From positions 14,374-78,373 of the forward strand of contig CAJOFD010000004.1 of the NCBI GenBank assembly GCA_905233585.1: a stretch of DNA of 64,000 nt, given 5' to 3'. The notes beneath the pieces were generated by a model. That model was given only the letters and a program-made list of their open reading frames with translations, did no database searches and was not told the origin of the DNA. Origin of the DNA: an uncultured Bacteroidales bacterium (lineage in GTDB: Bacteria > Bacteroidota > Bacteroidia > Bacteroidales > WCHB1-69). The position numbers and the translations under genes were made by a program. Positions 59,184 to 64,000 of the stretch are shown piece by piece. The first letter of the stretch is position 1, and each line of letters begins with the position of its first letter.

Positions 59184-60602
59184 ATGTCTAAAAATTTCAC
59201 TATGCGATACCTAAAAATATGTGTTGTTTTTATAGGCTTGGTCTCAACATTGTTGGCACAGCCTATGAAACTGAATTTTAATTGTTTGAGTTTTGAATAT
59301 ACGACAGATTCTGCATATGCCGAATTGCAATTTTTATTTTTAGGCAAAACCATGTCTTATGTTGCTATAGCAAATGGACAATATCAAGGAGAAGCTATTG
59401 TGGATATTGATTTTCAATCACAAACAGATGGAAGTCGTCATTTCTTCTTTCAAAGACATTTTACAACAGAAGTTTATGCCGATACTATTGTAGCAAACAA
59501 AAGCAATACCTATCATTTGTTGCGATTGCCCCTGCCTAAAGATAAATATGTGTTGAAACTCAAGGTTGCAGATGCCAATGATACGGCGAATAATATCATC
59601 AAACACAGCCAAGCGGTTGATATGGTATTTAATAATAATATTGTTGCTCTTTCGTCTATACAATTGCTATCGGAGTTTGAACCATCGACTTCGCCTTCGT
59701 ATTATAGCAAACATGGTTGGGAATATTTTCCTTATTTTTCTAATTTTTATCCTGAATATGTCAATTCATTATCTTTTTGGACGGAAGTTTATCATACAAA
59801 TATTATAGGTGAAAATATGGATTTTGTCGCCGATATTGCTATTGTTCCAAGCAATCAATTGGAGGTCTTGCCCAAAGAATATCATAGCACAAAGACCATG
59901 AAAACATTGCAAAATGCCTTGTTGATGAATACTTTTGATATATCGGATTTACCATCAGGTAATTATTTGTTAAAGATAGAAATTAAGGATACACAAAATA
60001 TTATTTATGCCTATTCTTCATTGTTTTTTCAACGGAGCAATCCTTCTGTAATGCAAGTTCAAACACAATCGGTGGAAAATGTTCCATTTGATACCTTAAA
60101 ACGCTATTTGGATTATATGCATGTAATTGCCAATGAACAAGAAAGGGCTTTTATTGATAAGTTTAAATCGGAAGAACAATATGAAGACGGTTTGAATTTT
60201 TTCTATCGTTTTTGGAATACACGAAATCCTGAAGATCCACAAGCGGCATGGGCAGAATATTACAATAGGGTATTACAAGTGAATTACAATTATTCCACAT
60301 TACGTTTTAAAGGCTATAAAACAGATAGGGGAGTTTGTTATTTGAAATATGGTCCACCGGCAGAGATAGAACCCCATAATTTTGATGGAACAAGGTATCC
60401 CTATGAAATTTGGCGTTATTATAACGTTCCCAATGGGCAAGTGAATGTGTATTTTGTATTTTATAATCCTGATAAAGTATCCAAAAATTACCGTCTTTTA
60501 CATTCAACGGTTAAGGGAGAACTGCAATTCCCCAATTGGGAACAAGAAGTTCAGAGTGGCGGCGCTATCTTAAATTCAGAAGACGAGGAGGAAACTTATT
60601 GA
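59184..60602 (+). CDS. GWxTD-domain protein
   Basis: Signal-like N-terminus. C-terminal GYKTDRGVCYLKYGPPAEIE...YPYEIWRY matches the GWxTD domain signature (here GYKTD). A TACTTTTG -7 box lies at 59143-59150. Confidence 0.75.
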   Translation: MSKNFTMRYLKICVVFIGLVSTLLAQPMKLNFNCLSFEYTTDSAYAELQFLFLGKTMSYVAIANGQYQGEAIVDIDFQSQTDGSRHFFFQRHFTTEVYADTIVANKSNTYHLLRLPLPKDKYVLKLKVADANDTANNIIKHSQAVDMVFNNNIVALSSIQLLSEFEPSTSPSYYSKHGWEYFPYFSNFYPEYVNSLSFWTEVYHTNIIGENMDFVADIAIVPSNQLEVLPKEYHSTKTMKTLQNALLMNTFDISDLPSGNYLLKIEIKDTQNIIYAYSSLFFQRSNPSVMQVQTQSVENVPFDTLKRYLDYMHVIANEQERAFIDKFKSEEQYEDGLNFFYRFWNTRNPEDPQAAWAEYYNRVLQVNYNYSTLRFKGYKTDRGVCYLKYGPPAEIEPHNFDGTRYPYEIWRYYNVPNGQVNVYFVFYNPDKVSKNYRLLHSTVKGELQFPNWEQEVQSGGAILNSEDEEETY

Positions 60603-61207
60603 TGTACAAACATTTTTTTAAACGTTTTTTCGATATTTTATTTTCCTTAGCAGGATTGTTGTTCCTTGCTCCTATTTTGTTTATTATAGCCATTTTGATA
60701 AAGACTACCTCAAAAGGAAGAATATTTTATCGGCAAATACGTGTTGGAAAAGACAATAAGGATTTTTACTTGTTGAAATTTAGAACCATGAAAGAAAATG
60801 CAGACAAAAGCGGTTTGCTTACCGTCGGTAATCATGATAACAGAATTACCAAAATAGGTTATTACCTACGCAAAACAAAAGCAGATGAATTGCCACAATT
60901 GCTGAATGTTTTGAAAGGGGAAATGAGCATTGTAGGTCCAAGACCCGAAGTGCGGAAATATGTGAATTATTATACCGAACAACAACGGAATGTTTTGCTT
61001 GTCCGTCCCGGTTTGACCGATATAGCCTCAATTGCTTATATTGATGAAAACGAGATTCTGGCACAAGCAGAAAATCCAGAACAAACTTATATTGAAAAAA
61101 TTATGCAAGAAAAACTAAGTCTGAATTTTGAATATATTGCACATATCTCTTTGCGATATGATGTGCGTATTGTTTGTGAAACATTATTTAGGATAATTTG
61201 GAAATAA
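60602..61207 (+). CDS. Monotopic phosphoglycosyl (undecaprenyl-phosphate sugar-phosphate) transferase
   Basis: [49 protein letters not shown]. The ATG overlaps the upstream TGA (TGATG). Confidence 0.88.
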   Translation: MYKHFFKRFFDILFSLAGLLFLAPILFIIAILIKTTSKGRIFYRQIRVGKDNKDFYLLKFRTMKENADKSGLLTVGNHDNRITKIGYYLRKTKADELPQLLNVLKGEMSIVGPRPEVRKYVNYYTEQQRNVLLVRPGLTDIASIAYIDENEILAQAENPEQTYIEKIMQEKLSLNFEYIAHISLRYDVRIVCETLFRIIWK

Positions 61208-61212
61208 AAGGT

Positions 61213-62193
61213 ATGAAAATTTTGACCAATAAAAGGATTGTTATAACAGGAGGAGCCGGATTTATCGGGTCTAATCTTTGTGATTTTTTTGTTCAACACG
61301 ATAATTTTGTTGTGTGTATGGATAATCTTTCCACGGGGAAGAGAGAGAATATAGCCCCCTTGGAAACATTATCCAATTTCCAGTTTTTTTTGGCGGATAT
61401 TCGTAATTTAGAGCAATGCAGAGAGGCTTGCAAAGGGGCTGATATTGTTTTTCATCAGGCGGCATTAGGGTCGGTTTCCCGCTCTATAGACGACCCCATA
61501 ACAACAAATGCTGTCAATATAGGCGGACAATTGAATATGTTGGTGGCCGCTCGAGATGCTGGCGTGAAAAGATTTATTTCGGCTTGCAGCTCTTCGACTT
61601 ATGGAGATTCAAAAACATTGCCCAAAGTGGAAGAAAATATCGGAAAACCACTTTCACCATACGCGGTAACAAAATATGTGAATGAATTGTATGCCAAACT
61701 TTTTCATGATTTGTACGGATTGGATTATATTGGCCTGCGATATTTTAATGTATTTGGTTATAAGCAAGATACAGAAAGTACATATGCTGCCGTTATCCCT
61801 ATTTTTGTCAAAGAATTGTTGAATTTGCGTTCTCCCAAAATAAATGGAGATGGAGAGTATTCCCGAGATTTTACTTTTATAGAAAATGTCGTGCAGATGA
61901 ACAATTTAGCGGCAACAACAGAAAATAAAGAAGCCTTGAATACCATTTATAATGTGGCTTGCGGGGAAACGACTACATTGAATCAGTTGGCATCGCATTT
62001 AAAAGAGATTTTGTCTAAGTATAATCCTAAAATTGCGGATATATCGTTTCAGTATGGTCCCAATCGTGCCGGTGATATACCTCATTCTTTGGCTTCCATA
62101 GAAAAAGCAGAACGTTTGTTGGGCTATTGTCCACAATATAAAATAAAAGAAGGCTTGGAAAAAGCCTGTCAATGGTATGTAGAACATTTATAG
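61213..62193 (+). CDS. NAD-dependent nucleotide-sugar epimerase (WbpP/TviC-like SDR)
   Basis: ITGGAGFIGSNL, SSSTYG, and catalytic PYAVTKY (YxxxK). Confidence 0.88.
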   Translation: MKILTNKRIVITGGAGFIGSNLCDFFVQHDNFVVCMDNLSTGKRENIAPLETLSNFQFFLADIRNLEQCREACKGADIVFHQAALGSVSRSIDDPITTNAVNIGGQLNMLVAARDAGVKRFISACSSSTYGDSKTLPKVEENIGKPLSPYAVTKYVNELYAKLFHDLYGLDYIGLRYFNVFGYKQDTESTYAAVIPIFVKELLNLRSPKINGDGEYSRDFTFIENVVQMNNLAATTENKEALNTIYNVACGETTTLNQLASHLKEILSKYNPKIADISFQYGPNRAGDIPHSLASIEKAERLLGYCPQYKIKEGLEKACQWYVEHL

Positions 62194-62203
62194 AAACAAG
62201 TGA

Positions 62204-63025
62204 TTATAAAACAGAAATTTGGGAGGAGGCGACAAAATAGTCTTTCTCCCAATTTATATTTGGCGGGGTTTGTCGAAAAATGCCAAAAACAGTAGCTCCG
62301 CTACCTGATAAGGACGCATAAACGGCTCCGTGGTGATAAAAAATATTTTTTACTTCTTCCAATTGGGGATAAAGAGGAAAAAGCGTTTTTTCAAAATCGT
62401 TTATTAATAAATTTTTCCATTGTTCTATAGGCAAGGCAAGTATTTCGGCAATAGATATTGTCGGTTGTTGGGGACGGCAATTGTTGTAGGCATCAGCGGT
62501 GGATATAAACAGATTGGGTTTGACTAACATAATATAACAATTTTGCAGTTGCGGTATTGTTATCGGGTTAAGTTCGTTGCCAAGGCCTTTGCCTATTGAC
62601 GGTTGGTTTTGAATGAAAAAAGCACAATCGCTACCCAGTTGAGATGCCATGACGACTAATTGGGCGACTGATAAGTGGGTTTTAAACAAATCGTTGAGCA
62701 GCAAAAGAGTGAATGTCGCATCTGCACTGCCACCACCAAGTCCGGCTCCGGTGGGAATACATTTGTGTAGACTTATATTTACATTGCCACAATGGGTGTG
62801 CTGTTGAAACAATTTAAATGCTTTTACCACCAAATTGTTATCCTCATTACCCTGAATAGGAATGCCTGTTTGAAAAAATGCAAAATGTTTGTTAGGAACA
62901 ATTTCCAAAACATCGGATAAACTTGTAATAGGGAAAAAACACGTTTCTATATTGTGAAAACCATCATTGCGTTTAGCAACAATGTTAAGTCCTAAATTGA
63001 TTTTACAAGAAGGAAAAACAATCAT
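62204..63025 (-). CDS. ispE: 4-(cytidine 5'-diphospho)-2-C-methyl-D-erythritol kinase
   Basis: KINLGLNI..KR.DGFH.IET and the GHMP motif IPTGAGLGGGSADA. The start MIVFPS at 63025 is preferred because the ORF-track extension overlaps tRNA-Gly. Confidence 0.9.
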   Translation of the reverse strand: MIVFPSCKINLGLNIVAKRNDGFHNIETCFFPITSLSDVLEIVPNKHFAFFQTGIPIQGNEDNNLVVKAFKLFQQHTHCGNVNISLHKCIPTGAGLGGGSADATFTLLLLNDLFKTHLSVAQLVVMASQLGSDCAFFIQNQPSIGKGLGNELNPITIPQLQNCYIMLVKPNLFISTADAYNNCRPQQPTISIAEILALPIEQWKNLLINDFEKTLFPLYPQLEEVKNIFYHHGAVYASLSGSGATVFGIFRQTPPNINWEKDYFVASSQISVL

Positions 63026-63055
63026 ATCAACATGTTTATGATTGAATAAAAAGAG

Positions 63056-63128
63056 AGCGGAAAACGAGACTCGAACTCGCGACCCCAACCTTGGCAAGGT
63101 TGTGCTCTACCAACTGAGCTACTTCCGC
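63056..63128 (-). tRNA. tRNA-Gly (anticodon GCC)
   Basis: Reverse complement GCGGAAGTAGCTCAGTTGGTAGAGCACAACCTTGCCAAGGTTGGGGTCGCGAGTTCGAGTCTCGTTTTCCGCT. Anticodon loop TTGCCAA. Confidence 0.9.
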
Positions 63129-63141
63129 TTGTTTTGATTTG

Positions 63142-63149
63142 CAAAAGTA
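63142..63149 (-). promoter_or_regulatory. Bacteroidota -7 box TACTTTTG (minus strand) for tRNA-Gly/ispE
   Basis: The reverse complement of CAAAAGTA lies 14 nt upstream of the tRNA 5' end. The same GCTACTTTTGCA context precedes tRNA-Glu at 18409. Confidence 0.55.
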
Positions 63150-63766
63150 GCATTTTTTTTAATACAAAAATCATTTTTGTCGATTTTTTTATGCAAAGAC
63201 AATAATAGAATTTGATAAATATGTTGTAAATAAGGTATTTAATATTGTTTAAAAAGGGTAATCGAAAGTTTGCTTTTTGTTGTGTTTACTCCTTTTTGTT
63301 TTCACTATAAAAAATAGATTCGTAAATTGTTTGTAATTATTTAAAAATAAATGTTTTATGAAAATGATAAACAAGAATCGAATAAAAAGATAAAACCAAT
63401 GCAAAAAAGTGTTATCTTTGCAATATTATTTTGCAGTTGTAGAGCGGAAGATAAAAACAAAGAAAAACAAGATAGAAAAAATGAGATTTTTTGGAGGGAA
63501 CAGCCTTGTATTTTTTGCGAAGAACATGCCGTTTTTCGCCCTTGGAAAACGTAAGTGCTTGATTACTTCTCTCTCTCACACTCTCTCTCTAATATAATCC
63601 TATATACATTTTTTACTGGCAGAAAAAATGTTTTTTCTGCCAACGGTTGCTTGCTTGTCTTATTTTTGTTGTTTTTATCATTTCTTTTCTATGTATATAA
63701 CAAGAAAGGAAATGGGCTTTTTTTTGTGTCTTTCGAGGGGTATCATTTAAGATAAGAACAAAATAT

Positions 63767-64000
63767 ATGAAAAAGGAAATCAAACAATGCAGAAATATGA
63801 ATAATCGATTAGGTCGAGAATCAAATGCAGAATTACTCCGTATTATTTGTATTTTCATCATACTATTACACCATTTTTGTGTACATGCATTGTATCCTGA
63901 AGTATTACCATTAGATATTATTGACAAAGGCTGGGATAGTCATCTCTTGCTATTTATTCATGCATTTTTGTATATTGGGGTAAATTGTTTCGTGCTCATT
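63767..64000 (+). CDS. Acyltransferase-3 family (OafA-like O-acyltransferase) membrane protein, 3' end cut by window
   Basis: Not in the ORF track because no stop falls before the window end. Translation MKKEIKQCRNMNNRLGRESNAELLRIICIFIILLHHFCVHA...FIHAFLYIGVNCFVLI shows the R..ELLR...M..I...H N-terminal signature of acyltransferase family 3. Confidence 0.7.
   Translation, partial: MKKEIKQCRNMNNRLGRESNAELLRIICIFIILLHHFCVHALYPEVLPLDIIDKGWDSHLLLFIHAFLYIGVNCFVLI

Noticed and set aside
63026-63097. The ORF track gives an upstream start for ispE (MPRLGSRVRV...).
   Set aside because: The extension overlaps tRNA-Gly(GCC) on the same strand. The conserved IspE N-terminus (KINLGLNI) follows the internal Met at 63025.
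63351-63554. A 67-aa ORF whose internal Met gives a lipoprotein-like peptide (MQKSVIFAILFCSC...).
   Set aside because: It is short, with a highly charged low-complexity remainder. The best -7 box (63413-20) lies inside it, downstream of the internal Met. I cannot exclude a real small lipoprotein, so it is mentioned only here.

Overview
This window looks like a low-GC Bacteroidota chromosome segment. The evidence is TAnnTTTG -7 promoter boxes upstream of most transcription units, two proteins with T9SS C-terminal sorting domains, and the phylum-typical arrangement tRNA-Thr/Tyr/Gly/Thr - tuf - tRNA-Trp - secE - nusG - rplKAJL - rpoBC - DUF3467. Most of the window is housekeeping: ribH, fmt, hup, trmH-like, rpmE2, purA, pepP-like, tex, tag, trxB, recG, dusB, miaB, ispE, two LptF/G-type permeases, LolD- and LolC/E-like proteins, three tandem FKBP lipoproteins, the N-terminal half of a split transketolase, and carboxynorspermidine dehydrogenase. 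I read nine tRNAs by hand. The left edge carries a partner-switching pair: a Cache-TM-PP2C-RsbW-like fusion protein plus a STAS protein. The right end carries a small glycan module (GWxTD protein, sugar transferase, epimerase, and an acyltransferase-3 gene cut by the window edge). The only clearly accessory segment is about 23.3-26.9 kb. It holds a helically phased 41/42-bp tandem array of GC-rich palindromes, each carrying a -7-like box, just upstream of an orphan gene with an Asp/Asn-rich tail. It also holds a T9SS-secreted esterase and a frameshifted gene remnant. The segment is bracketed by about 100-nt direct repeats and by inverted TTGAGAR-heptamer blocks. I also see decayed HNH and IS30 fragments and a block of visibly higher GC at about 18.6-29.8 kb. 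I found no recognisable defence, CRISPR or secondary-metabolite system. All functional calls rest on motifs I recognised by eye, not on database searches.
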